Below, one piece after another: positions 1 through 7,555 of a stretch of 64,000 nucleotides of DNA. The position numbers were made by a program, and so were the translations under genes. Every line of letters starts with the position of its first letter. Positions within the stretch are counted from its first letter, which is position 1. Below the pieces are notes generated by a model. That model saw only the letters and a list, made by a program, of their open reading frames with translations. It ran no database searches and had not been told where the DNA came from. Source of the stretch: Candidatus Caldarchaeum sp. (GTDB lineage: Archaea; Thermoproteota; Nitrososphaeria_A; Caldarchaeales; Caldarchaeaceae); contig JAWBRA010000004.1 in the NCBI GenBank assembly GCA_038844785.1, positions 1,496-65,495 on the forward strand, in the 5' to 3' direction.

Positions 1-2
1 GC

Positions 3-857
3 GAGCTTCAGGTTAAGGTTGTCGACCCGGACGGCAAACCGGTTAAAGGCGTTGGAATACTTGTAGGAGCTGCAGGGTATGGGAACTTCACAAGCGGTTT
101 CTCAGATGACCACGGAACCTTCTCAGCAGGCCTTCTTCCACTGTCCTCGAAAGTGGGAGACTATGTTGTGTCTATCTTCAGAGGCAGGGCTAGGATACAG
201 GCTGAACCGATATCACTCGACTCCGCCAGGAAAGTAGGGGAGATAATTCTGAGGTTTCAGCAGCTTAGTCTAAGGGTTACGGATTACGCTGGAAACCCGT
301 TGAACAACGCTGAGATAATGGTCATCGACCCGCAGACAGGCCGTCAGTCAAACACAACGACGGCGAACGGCGTCGCCAGCCTAAACGTTTTCCCGGGGAC
401 GAACGAGCTATTGATAACATACAAGCAGAAACAGGTTTACAGACGAAGCATAGATATTGCAGGCGGCGAGCTAAGCATAAGGCTCAACAGCGTCAACTTC
501 CCCGTCACCGTGAGGGTTTTAGACGGAATTGGCAGGTTTGTTGAAGGCCTGCGCTTAACCGTTAAGGTTGACGGCGTTGAGGTGGTTGACAGGCTGACCG
601 GCGTTGAACCCGTTTCAGTTATGCTGGAGCTTCCCGGAGAGGTTGTTGTAGAGGTTCACGACGGCGGAAGGCTGCTGGCCAAGGAAAGGCTTTTCGCCGA
701 AGGCCCCTCCAGCATGGAGATCCGGTTTACAGACTTCGTCGCCGTTGGGGGAAGCCTCATCCCACTCCAGACCATAGCCTCGACAGCTCTTGCCGCTGTC
801 CTAGCAGGAGCGCTAGGTGTTTTGGCTTATCGTCTACTGGTGAAAAGACAACGTTAA
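3..857 (+). CDS. 5'-partial surface/secreted protein with repeated beta-sandwich (carboxypeptidase-regulatory-like, VKVVDxxGKPV) modules and a C-terminal TM anchor followed by KRQR
   Basis: Frame 3 is open from base 3 (ELQVKVVDPDGKPVKGV...) into the listed 153..857 ORF. Repeated short motifs typical of Cna-B/CarD-like beta-sandwich domains. The C-terminus is a hydrophobic stretch plus basic tail. Confidence 0.45.
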   Translation, partial: ELQVKVVDPDGKPVKGVGILVGAAGYGNFTSGFSDDHGTFSAGLLPLSSKVGDYVVSIFRGRARIQAEPISLDSARKVGEIILRFQQLSLRVTDYAGNPLNNAEIMVIDPQTGRQSNTTTANGVASLNVFPGTNELLITYKQKQVYRRSIDIAGGELSIRLNSVNFPVTVRVLDGIGRFVEGLRLTVKVDGVEVVDRLTGVEPVSVMLELPGEVVVEVHDGGRLLAKERLFAEGPSSMEIRFTDFVAVGGSLIPLQTIASTALAAVLAGALGVLAYRLLVKRQR

Positions 858-888
858 AATTAGGGCAGCTCGATTTTTCCGCGCCAGA

Positions 889-1200
889 GTGAGGGTTAAA
901 TTGCCCAACTGGACGCTTAGTAAAGAGCCGACACCTGTCTGCAACCCTCTCTGCAGGTTCTTCAGATGCGCCAAGAAAGTCCTTGACTTCCGACACGACC
1001 CGCCGTGGTGCAACTGGGTTGACGCACCATGCATAGGCTACCAATGTCCCTACGCCCAGTGCAACCAGATGAAGCTGCTGCCGGACGGCCGGTGCGGGCT
1101 CTTCGTCAAACGTAAAACCGTCGAGGAAGAGGCGGAGCTGAAGCTCCAGCCGTTAGCTGCTTCGAAGGCACGTAAGAAGCTCGACAGGCTCGGGCTGTAA
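889..1200 (+). CDS. small cysteine-rich protein (9 Cys, CxxxC/CxxxxC spacing), possible metal-binding; hypothetical
   Basis: ORF translation with regularly spaced cysteines; basic C-terminal tail; sits between the surface-protein gene and cofE on the same strand. Confidence 0.3.
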   Translation: MRVKLPNWTLSKEPTPVCNPLCRFFRCAKKVLDFRHDPPWCNWVDAPCIGYQCPYAQCNQMKLLPDGRCGLFVKRKTVEEEAELKLQPLAASKARKKLDRLGL

Positions 1201-1209
1201 CACAGCCTG

Positions 1210-1974
1210 GTGTTCCAGTTGAATAAAATCGAGATAATCCCCGTAAAGGGGATTCCAGTCGTCGAGGAAGGGTTGAGCGTGGGTGAGGCCATTGTTAAGG
1301 CTCTCGAGAGCTCCGGCGAGAGGCTTTTTGACGGGGATGTGGTGGTTGTGGCGCACTCGGTTGTTTCGAGAGCCGAGGGGTGTAGGGTTAGGCTTTCGGA
1401 TGTTAAGCCTTCGCCCTTCGCAGTCCAGCTTGCAGAGATGACGGGGAAAGACTCTAGGCATGTCGAAGTAATTCTCCAGAACAGCAGGAAAATCGTCAGA
1501 ATCGGCGACGGCGTGATAATCTGCGAGACTCCCCACGGGTTTGTATGCGCCAACGCTGGAGTCGACGCCTCCAACTCAGGCGGTGTCGAATACGTCATAA
1601 CACTACCCAAGGACCCCGACAAATCTGCGGCGAAGATACGTGAAGACATTAGACGGCATGCAGGTGTAGACGTGGCCGTCGTGATAACCGACACGTTCGG
1701 GAGGCCGTTCAGGAAAGGAGCTGTCAACGTCGCCATTGGATGCAGCGGAATAAACCCGTTGTGGGACAGACGGGGGGAGAAAGACCTTTTCGGCAGAACT
1801 CTCCTCTCGAAAGTCATCTGCATAGCGGATGAGATAGCTTCAGCGGCGGAGCTGGTCATAGGCGAGGCGGACGAAGGCATTCCAGCAGCCGTGGTGAGAG
1901 GGCTTCGTTTTGACAGGACAAGCCTTCCAGCCAAAACACTCGTCCGAGAAGAGGCTGAAGACCTTTTCCGCTAG
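1210..1974 (+). CDS. cofE: coenzyme F420-0:L-glutamate ligase-like protein (CofE family)
   Basis: GTG start. Translation contains ICETPHGFVCANAGVDASN and GVDVAVVITDTFGRPFRKG, characteristic of the CofE/FbiB N-terminal fold. The long antisense ORF 1050..1934 is low-complexity and rejected. Confidence 0.65.
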   Translation: MFQLNKIEIIPVKGIPVVEEGLSVGEAIVKALESSGERLFDGDVVVVAHSVVSRAEGCRVRLSDVKPSPFAVQLAEMTGKDSRHVEVILQNSRKIVRIGDGVIICETPHGFVCANAGVDASNSGGVEYVITLPKDPDKSAAKIREDIRRHAGVDVAVVITDTFGRPFRKGAVNVAIGCSGINPLWDRRGEKDLFGRTLLSKVICIADEIASAAELVIGEADEGIPAAVVRGLRFDRTSLPAKTLVREEAEDLFR

Positions 1975-1980
1975 GAAAAC

Positions 1981-1988
1981 TTTTAAAA
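1981..1988 (+). promoter_or_regulatory. TATA-box-like element (TTTTAAAA) about 28 nt upstream of ATG 2013, implying a leaderless transcript
   Basis: AT-rich octamer in otherwise GC-rich context at canonical archaeal spacing. Confidence 0.4.
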
Positions 1989-2012
1989 CAAACTTGCTAG
2001 GAGAAAACAACG

Positions 2013-3125
2013 ATGTATAAAGGCGGCCGCAAAGCTGTGAGCACAGTCATAGCCGCGATGATAGTAACGGGGGTTTTGCTGGCGTTGTTCAGCGGCCTCT
2101 TATCCGTTCAAACCCGCTTACATCAGGCCGAGGTTGAAGCCGTCAGAAGAGAGGCTGAGAGAGCGATGGAAGCACCGTTCCAAATATACTGGATAAACAG
2201 CACGCATGTGAGGCTCTTTAACAACCACAGCAGCGTACCAGTTATTCTAAGGTTTTGGATAACTTCAGGTGCAACGGTTTCGGTGACAAGCCTAGACCCA
2301 TCCATTTATTCGGTCGGGCCTGGAACGTTCAAAGATGTGAAGGCCGCCGACCTGCCGCGGGTAGTTAACAAGGTTTACAAAGTTGTTTCCGAGAGGGGGA
2401 GCGTTTTCGTCGTGGGTGACATGCCGTCTGAACCCTTCTCCCTCTTCAAGATGTTAGTAAGCGAAAAGCAGGTCAGGCCTGGTTTCACAAGCTCCTCTCA
2501 AGGACCGTTGACAAGCATATTGCTCGGAACCGGGCCAGAGTTCGGTGGAGGGCAGGTAAGCCTTTCATGCGTCTCAGCCTTCCCACCACCAGCATCATGC
2601 GTAGGATGGAGTATCTCGTTCAACCCATCAAGCCCTGTGTATGTTCCGTCGGGTGGAGCCTTGGTAGTAAACGTGCTGGGGAACATACCTGTCGGAACAC
2701 CTTCAGGAACATACTTCATCCGCCTCCGCGCCGACACGGGGGGTTTTGTGAAAGAGTTTCTGCTACAGGTGATGGTGGGAGATTTTACCTTCGCTGTAAA
2801 CCCCGGCTCGATTACTATAGGACGGGGTTGCGCCGGATCGGTGACTCTGTCAATAACGCCGACAAACTATGGAGAATCCATCTCCTTCAGAGTGCTCTCC
2901 GTGACTCCTGCCGACGCCAGGTTTCATTTCGCGTTCACGGCAAACCCGCTCGACCTAAGCCACGGTCAATCAAGCACAAGCCTGTTGATTTACATCAATT
3001 TCGCGACACCTAACACGGCTGTAACTAGAACGGTAGTTGTGCAGGCCTACGACGGCTTAGGTCCTTCAAAAACTGCTTCGATAACCGTAACGGTGAACCC
3101 CAGGTCTGCTACTGGAAACTGTTAG
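2013..3125 (+). CDS. large pilin-like protein with archaeal class III (type IV prepilin-like) signal peptide
   Basis: N-terminus MYKGGRKA|VSTVIAAMIVTGVLLALFSG: basic patch, Ala cleavage context, then an about 20-aa hydrophobic helix. The rest is Ser/Thr/Gly/Val-rich beta-type sequence. Confidence 0.6.
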   Translation: MYKGGRKAVSTVIAAMIVTGVLLALFSGLLSVQTRLHQAEVEAVRREAERAMEAPFQIYWINSTHVRLFNNHSSVPVILRFWITSGATVSVTSLDPSIYSVGPGTFKDVKAADLPRVVNKVYKVVSERGSVFVVGDMPSEPFSLFKMLVSEKQVRPGFTSSSQGPLTSILLGTGPEFGGGQVSLSCVSAFPPPASCVGWSISFNPSSPVYVPSGGALVVNVLGNIPVGTPSGTYFIRLRADTGGFVKEFLLQVMVGDFTFAVNPGSITIGRGCAGSVTLSITPTNYGESISFRVLSVTPADARFHFAFTANPLDLSHGQSSTSLLIYINFATPNTAVTRTVVVQAYDGLGPSKTASITVTVNPRSATGNC

Positions 3126-3228
3126 GATGGCCAAAGTAGTACCAGTCCACTATCACCGTAAAAAAAGTACAGTATATCCAAAAACCGCTCGACTCAAACT
3201 CATATACCAGAAATGCCGACCCCTCGCC

Positions 3229-3672
3229 ATGAAGGGTCGGTCTTCGGTTGGGTTAAGCCCTCTGGTTGCTGTGATACTGTTGATAGCCATAACGGTCGCT
3301 GCAGCGGTGGTGGTGGCAGGCGTTTTCTTCAACCTCAGCAGCATAGCCGGCAGAAGGCCGACAGCAATCATCGACCAGATAAAGCTCGTCGCGACCCCTG
3401 CTGGAGCAGGAACGTGGGCGGTTGTCATCAAAAACACAGGCGACGTGAGAATTACAGGCCTCTCTACTCCTACGTTCCCCGATGGATGCTCGGCGGCCGC
3501 CGGATGGACCTGGAACCCCTCAACAAACGTTAACCCCGGCGCGACCACCGCCGGCACTGGTAGCGCGTCTGGATGTACGCTAGGAAACACCTACCGTATA
3601 TCAATAACAGTGACCTTCCAAGACGGTTCAACACAGGTTTTGGCAACGGCGGTAACAGCATCAATAGCCTAA
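3229..3672 (+). CDS. archaeal type IV pilin / archaellin-like protein (class III signal peptide)
   Basis: MKGRSSVGLSPLVAVILLIAITVAAAVVVAG matches the archaellin/pilin N-terminal consensus. The listed ORF begins at 3127, but the internal Met at 3229 gives the canonical prepilin N-terminus. Confidence 0.6.
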   Translation: MKGRSSVGLSPLVAVILLIAITVAAAVVVAGVFFNLSSIAGRRPTAIIDQIKLVATPAGAGTWAVVIKNTGDVRITGLSTPTFPDGCSAAAGWTWNPSTNVNPGATTAGTGSASGCTLGNTYRISITVTFQDGSTQVLATAVTASIA

Positions 3673-3716
3673 ACCCATAAACATTTTTTAAAATAAACCT
3701 GCAAAGACTTAAAAAG

Positions 3717-3724
3717 GTTATAAA
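3717..3724 (+). promoter_or_regulatory. TATA box (TTATAAAT) with A-rich BRE-like upstream, about 27 nt before ATG 3747
   Basis: aaaaaggttataaatcat motif in the 75-bp intergenic region. Confidence 0.45.
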
Positions 3725-3746
3725 TCATTCCACACCCAGACGACGG

Positions 3747-4151
3747 ATGGCTGTGAAAACCGGTGGAATCAGCTACGTAGCCGGAGTCCTCCTCGTCCTA
3801 GCCGTAACCGTCTCGACCATAGCCCTTTACACTACGGTGGTGGGATTCCAGTCCCAAACCATCCTCAGCCTCTCAGCCCTCGACATACGCAGAGCAAGCG
3901 AAAGCCTCATTATCGTCGAATACCACAGACCAACCAACACTTTAGTAGTCTACAACAACGGGCTCATCCCGACATGCTTCGTCGAAATAACCGTCGCCGG
4001 AATGGGCGTGGTGTACAGCAACCCATCCTGCACCCCAATCCCACCAAATCAAGCCACAACCCTAACCCTAGCACTTATAAACCCGCCACAAACACTCACA
4101 CTAATAGCCAGAACAATCCACAACAAAATACTCACATACACAATCAGCTAA
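3747..4151 (+). CDS. small pilin-like protein (class III signal peptide) with Thr/Pro/Asn-rich C-terminal low-complexity tail
   Basis: MAVKTGG|ISYVAGVLLVLAVTVSTIAL N-terminus; third consecutive prepilin-like gene. Confidence 0.55.
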   Translation: MAVKTGGISYVAGVLLVLAVTVSTIALYTTVVGFQSQTILSLSALDIRRASESLIIVEYHRPTNTLVVYNNGLIPTCFVEITVAGMGVVYSNPSCTPIPPNQATTLTLALINPPQTLTLIARTIHNKILTYTIS

Positions 4152-4201
4152 ACAGCAAAAAGACTTATACCAACCCAGCCAAAAAATAACACGGGAAACA
4201 A

Positions 4202-5128
4202 TTGGCGGCAAAGACAAAGAAAGAAATACTCAAACTCCTCAAAGAAGACGAAGAATTCCGATACGCAGTAGCAGGACTCATAGGGCTGGAGGAAACCCTG
4301 AGAAGACTGGACAAACTCGACCAAAGAATGACAGAACTCCACGAACAACAGGTAAAACTCTGGGAGGAACTCAGAACCCTGAGAGAGGGCCAGGAAAAAC
4401 TCTGGGAGGAGGTCAGAAGCCTAAGAGAGGGCGAGCACAGGCTTTGGGAGGAGGTGAAAAGCCTTAGAGAGGGTCAGGAAAAGCTTTGGGAAAACCAAGG
4501 CAAGCTATGGGAGGAGGTCAAAAGCCTAAGGGAAGGGCAGGAGAAGCTGTGGGAAACCCAAAGCAAACTCTGGGAGGAGGTTAAGAGCCTTAGAGAAGGT
4601 CAGGAAAAGCTTTGGGAGAATCAAAGCAAGCTATGGGAGGAGGTCAGAAGCCTTAGAGAAGGGCAGAACAGGCTGGAGGAATCCATGATCCGCCTTCAAG
4701 ACGCCGTTACACTGCTGACTCAGGCTCACAGGGAGTTGGCGAAACAGGTTGGCGCCCTCTCCGAAACCGTTGGCTTCGGGCTTGAGGACATAGCTAAAGT
4801 CGTTGTTCCTGGCTGGCTCCAAAGGCATGAGGGAATAGTGATGGCGGAGGAGTTCGTCCGCAGATGGATAACGGTGGACGGGGAGGAGATAGAGGTAAAC
4901 CTTTACGGCGAAGGGGTGAAAAACGGCCGGAAACTAGTCATCGTCGGCGAGGCCAAGTCGAGGATATACAAGCGTGAGGTTGAGGCATTTGACGCATGGG
5001 CTGAGAAGGTATCTGCGAGCGTCGGCGGGGAAGTGTACAAGTTCATGTTCGGATACCTCATACATCCGTCAGCCGAGGAAGAGGGAAGGAGAAGAAAAAT
5101 AACGCTAATAGCGTCCTACATGCGTTGA
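4202..5128 (+). CDS. coiled-coil protein with about 9 tandem 14-aa repeats (KLWEEVKSLREGQE) and a C-terminal putative PD-(D/E)xK nuclease-like domain
   Basis: DNA-level 42-bp (and 21-bp half) repeats at about 4350-4680 with synonymous variation. C-terminus has ITVDGEEIEVNLYGEG...KLVIVGEAKSR, a D...E-x-K pattern in beta-strand context. Confidence 0.55.
   Translation: MAAKTKKEILKLLKEDEEFRYAVAGLIGLEETLRRLDKLDQRMTELHEQQVKLWEELRTLREGQEKLWEEVRSLREGEHRLWEEVKSLREGQEKLWENQGKLWEEVKSLREGQEKLWETQSKLWEEVKSLREGQEKLWENQSKLWEEVRSLREGQNRLEESMIRLQDAVTLLTQAHRELAKQVGALSETVGFGLEDIAKVVVPGWLQRHEGIVMAEEFVRRWITVDGEEIEVNLYGEGVKNGRKLVIVGEAKSRIYKREVEAFDAWAEKVSASVGGEVYKFMFGYLIHPSAEEEGRRRKITLIASYMR
4350..4680 (+). repeat. 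in-frame 42-bp tandem repeat array (about 9 units) inside CDS 4202..5128
   Basis: Repeated gggaggaggt(c/t)a(a/g)aagcct(a/t)agaga(a/g)gg(c/t)cag... units visible by eye. Confidence 0.7.
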
Positions 5129-5203
5129 GAGAATTTTAAACGAACAGCGAGGCTATCCAGTATACCCAAAAGGCGTGATTATTAATGCTACGGCTCTAAA
5201 CCT

Positions 5204-5751
5204 GGGACTGTCAACTTAAGGTCTATGGCCTGGGTCTTTCTATTCGTTGGGGTGGATAGAGTTGGGGTTGGCCTAGGCCGTCTTATAGGTTTCTTCGGTG
5301 ATAGGAATGTTTTTCCCCGTCTCAGGACGTCTCCGTGGGTTTAGGGCTGTCGGCGTTAGGCTATATGTCGAGGGGCTCAGGAGGGTAGCTGGGATGTTAT
5401 GCGAGCTAGGGTTTCAGGTAAGCCTTGAGTCTGTCAGGGGTTGGTTCCATATCTCGTCAGGAGGGCCTATGTATGGGCTGATAGCCGAGTGTATAAGGTT
5501 TCTTGAGGTGGTTAGGGTTAGGTACGCTAGTAACCCTGCCGTCTACAGGGATAGAGTTCCATGGTATGGATGGCCTATGAAGGTTCTGGGCTTGAGGAGG
5601 GTGGAGACGTTCGGCAGGAGGAACACGATAGAGTCATGGTTCAGCGGGCTGAAGAGGAGGATAAAACAGTTCAACACGTGCTCCCCAACATACAGGCCGA
5701 AGGTACCGGAGAAGTGGATAAAGGCATGGGTGTCATTAAGTTGACAGTCCC
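5204..5751. mobile_element. IS6-family insertion sequence derivative (internally deleted, about 548 bp) with perfect 16-bp terminal inverted repeats GGGACTGTCAACTTAA and 8-bp target-site duplication CTAAACCT (5196-5203 and 5752-5759)
   Basis: TIRs at 5204-5219 and 5736-5751 are exact reverse complements. The flanking 8-bp direct repeat matches IS6-family TSD length. The internal ORF has an IS6-like HTH and C-terminal N-x-IE-x7-KRR motif but lacks the DD catalytic core. Confidence 0.65.
5298..5744 (+). pseudogene. truncated IS6-family transposase (N-terminal HTH plus C-terminal E-motif region; central DDE segment missing)
   Basis: GMLCELGFQVSLESVRGWFH resembles the IS26 Tnp HTH. RRNTIESWFSGLKRRIKQFN resembles NNxIExxHxxxKRR. 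Length is 148 aa against about 230 aa for intact IS6 transposases. Confidence 0.5.
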
Positions 5752-6056
5752 CTAAACCTCGTCGCCAAACTGAAGGCTACCTCACCCTTGGCCACAGCCC
5801 GTCTCACATACCTGATGTGGATAGAAACACCTAAGGCCAGAACAAAGACTTCAACCGCTAAGCCCAGCGATATGTTGAGGAAAAACGTGAGGGGAACCAG
5901 CAGAATGATTGAAACGATTGCTTCACCGGGGTTTTCGACGGTGTTCACATATCTTCTCCGTCTTTGACTCTCCAGCGCGGTCGACGGTCCAAAATCTTTC
6001 TCGAGCTCCTCCACCATCCCAAAACCGCTCTCTAAATCTGCCCAAAAAGGCGAAAC
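5736..6056 (-). pseudogene. partial paralogous copy of the FlaJ/TadC-like membrane-protein gene (equivalent to about residues 120-250 of the 6156..7544 product), truncated by the IS insertion
   Basis: Translation ...WADLESGFGMVEELEKDFG...RRRRYVNTVENPGEAIVSIILLVPL... aligns with ...GEDLESGFGVVEKVEKYLE...WRRYVDTVETLGEAIVSIILLVPL... of the intact gene. DNA similarity is visible (5913-6060 vs 7046-7190). The stop codon is supplied by the IS terminal repeat. Confidence 0.55.
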
Positions 6057-6155
6057 TCATGGCTTAGATGGCAATACTTGGTCTAAAATGAACACGGGAA
6101 ACCACTGGTCATGCGGAACGTGAACCAGGGAGGTAGTCACGAAACCCCGCATGCA

Positions 6156-7544
6156 CTAGACAAAGAGCGAAGCTATTGAGTAGGCGACGAGCGTGGCTAT
6201 TACTCCTGCACCAGCCCTCCAGACGGCTGCAACAGTCTGGTCTTCGGTCTTGGAAACCGCCACCCCCAGACTGAAGGAAACTATGAGTGCGTTTGGCAGT
6301 ATGGGTTCAAGGGACGGCGTTATGACAAGCTTTTGAACCTCACTTGAGACTTCAGGCGGTAGTGACGTGAACGGCATGATTGCGAAGCTTGAAACGGCTA
6401 TGATTGCCGCGCCGCTTGCGATGGCTAACGCGTCGTAAAGCTTCATCCTTGCTCTTGCGTTGGTGAAGCTAAGGTAGATTGTTATGGCTAGTCGGGCCAT
6501 CAGGCTAAGAGCTTCCGCGCCCAACCCGCCTAAACGAGCCAGCTTGACGGTTTCGATGGACATTCTCATGAACCGGTTCAACGGCTTTACTTCAATACCT
6601 CTCACGATAGCCTTTGCGTACCTAGCGTAGCGCGGGTCGGCAACCATCTCCAAGCTCTTGCCCACAGGGTACCCCGCCCTAAGCCGTGCCGCCACGCTGT
6701 CGAGAAGCAGGAAGGAAGACTCTCCTTCTGAAACACAACGCCTGATATATCGAAAGTGTACGAACAATCCCCAGCCCAGAAGGAGAAGACCGATGGCGGG
6801 CGGAATCATCACCAACGACGTGTTGAGAAAGAACATGAACAAAAATGCTCCAGACACGGCTATGAGAGCTGTTGAGGTGTAGACAATTATGCGTGGGATG
6901 TCAACCAGATGCATAGGCTCGCTTGCAGACGCAATAGTATAGAAGACCGCCGCAGCACCCACTGAAATGAACACGGAATAAAAGGGGGGGAAACCTCCCA
7001 ATATGCCGCCCACGACGTACATCAAAGGAACCAGTAGTATGATTGAGACGATTGCTTCTCCGAGAGTTTCGACGGTGTCGACATACCTTCTCCATCTCTC
7101 GCTCTCCCTCGATATAGATTGTTCCAAATACTTCTCAACTTTTTCCACGACTCCGAATCCGCTCTCCAAATCCTCTCCTAGGGAACCTATCAACAGAGAG
7201 AACTCGCGGCTCGGATGAACGTATTTCTTGAAGCTCTCAGCCAGAGTTGTTTTTTCCCCGACTCTTCTCAGATAACCCGCCTCATGTGAGAGCTTGGCGA
7301 TTATTTCTCGCTTATGCGCCGCCTCCGTCAAAGCATGCAGCACCGTCTTGCCGCTTCTCAAGATGATGTACAGTATCGCAAGAAAATACGTCTGCTCCCT
7401 CTCGGCCGCGGCCTTTTTCTCAGAGTCTGAAATCCTCCGTCGAAGCAAAAGAACCGCTACGGCGAATGATACAATCGATATATGAGGCCAGTAGCTGGAC
7501 ATGAAGCTGAGCAAAAAACGACCTATCGCTTGGGTTTCAAGCAT
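6156..7544 (-). CDS. FlaJ/TadC/PilC-family polytopic membrane protein (type II secretion system F-domain), pilus assembly platform
   Basis: 462 aa with multiple TM helices and two cytoplasmic helical domains. Sits in an operon with the PilB/FlaI-like ATPase. Confidence 0.65.
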   Translation of the reverse strand: MLETQAIGRFLLSFMSSYWPHISIVSFAVAVLLLRRRISDSEKKAAAEREQTYFLAILYIILRSGKTVLHALTEAAHKREIIAKLSHEAGYLRRVGEKTTLAESFKKYVHPSREFSLLIGSLGEDLESGFGVVEKVEKYLEQSISRESERWRRYVDTVETLGEAIVSIILLVPLMYVVGGILGGFPPFYSVFISVGAAAVFYTIASASEPMHLVDIPRIIVYTSTALIAVSGAFLFMFFLNTSLVMIPPAIGLLLLGWGLFVHFRYIRRCVSEGESSFLLLDSVAARLRAGYPVGKSLEMVADPRYARYAKAIVRGIEVKPLNRFMRMSIETVKLARLGGLGAEALSLMARLAITIYLSFTNARARMKLYDALAIASGAAIIAVSSFAIMPFTSLPPEVSSEVQKLVITPSLEPILPNALIVSFSLGVAVSKTEDQTVAAVWRAGAGVIATLVAYSIASLFV

Positions 7545-7555
7545 GACGCCAGCAC

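Noticed and set aside
1050-1934. 294-aa minus-strand ORF overlapping cofE
   Set aside because: Ser/Thr/Ala-rich low-complexity translation that is antisense to a well-supported gene; typical GC-rich shadow ORF
3127-3228. Upstream extension of the second pilin ORF (start 3127)
   Set aside because: The internal Met at 3229 yields the canonical class III signal peptide MKGRSS..; the 34-aa basic extension has no counterpart in pilins
4189-6103. Shared 12-mer AACACGGGAAAC at 4189 and 6091
   Set aside because: Exact 12-mer coincidences are expected by chance many times in a 64-kb window
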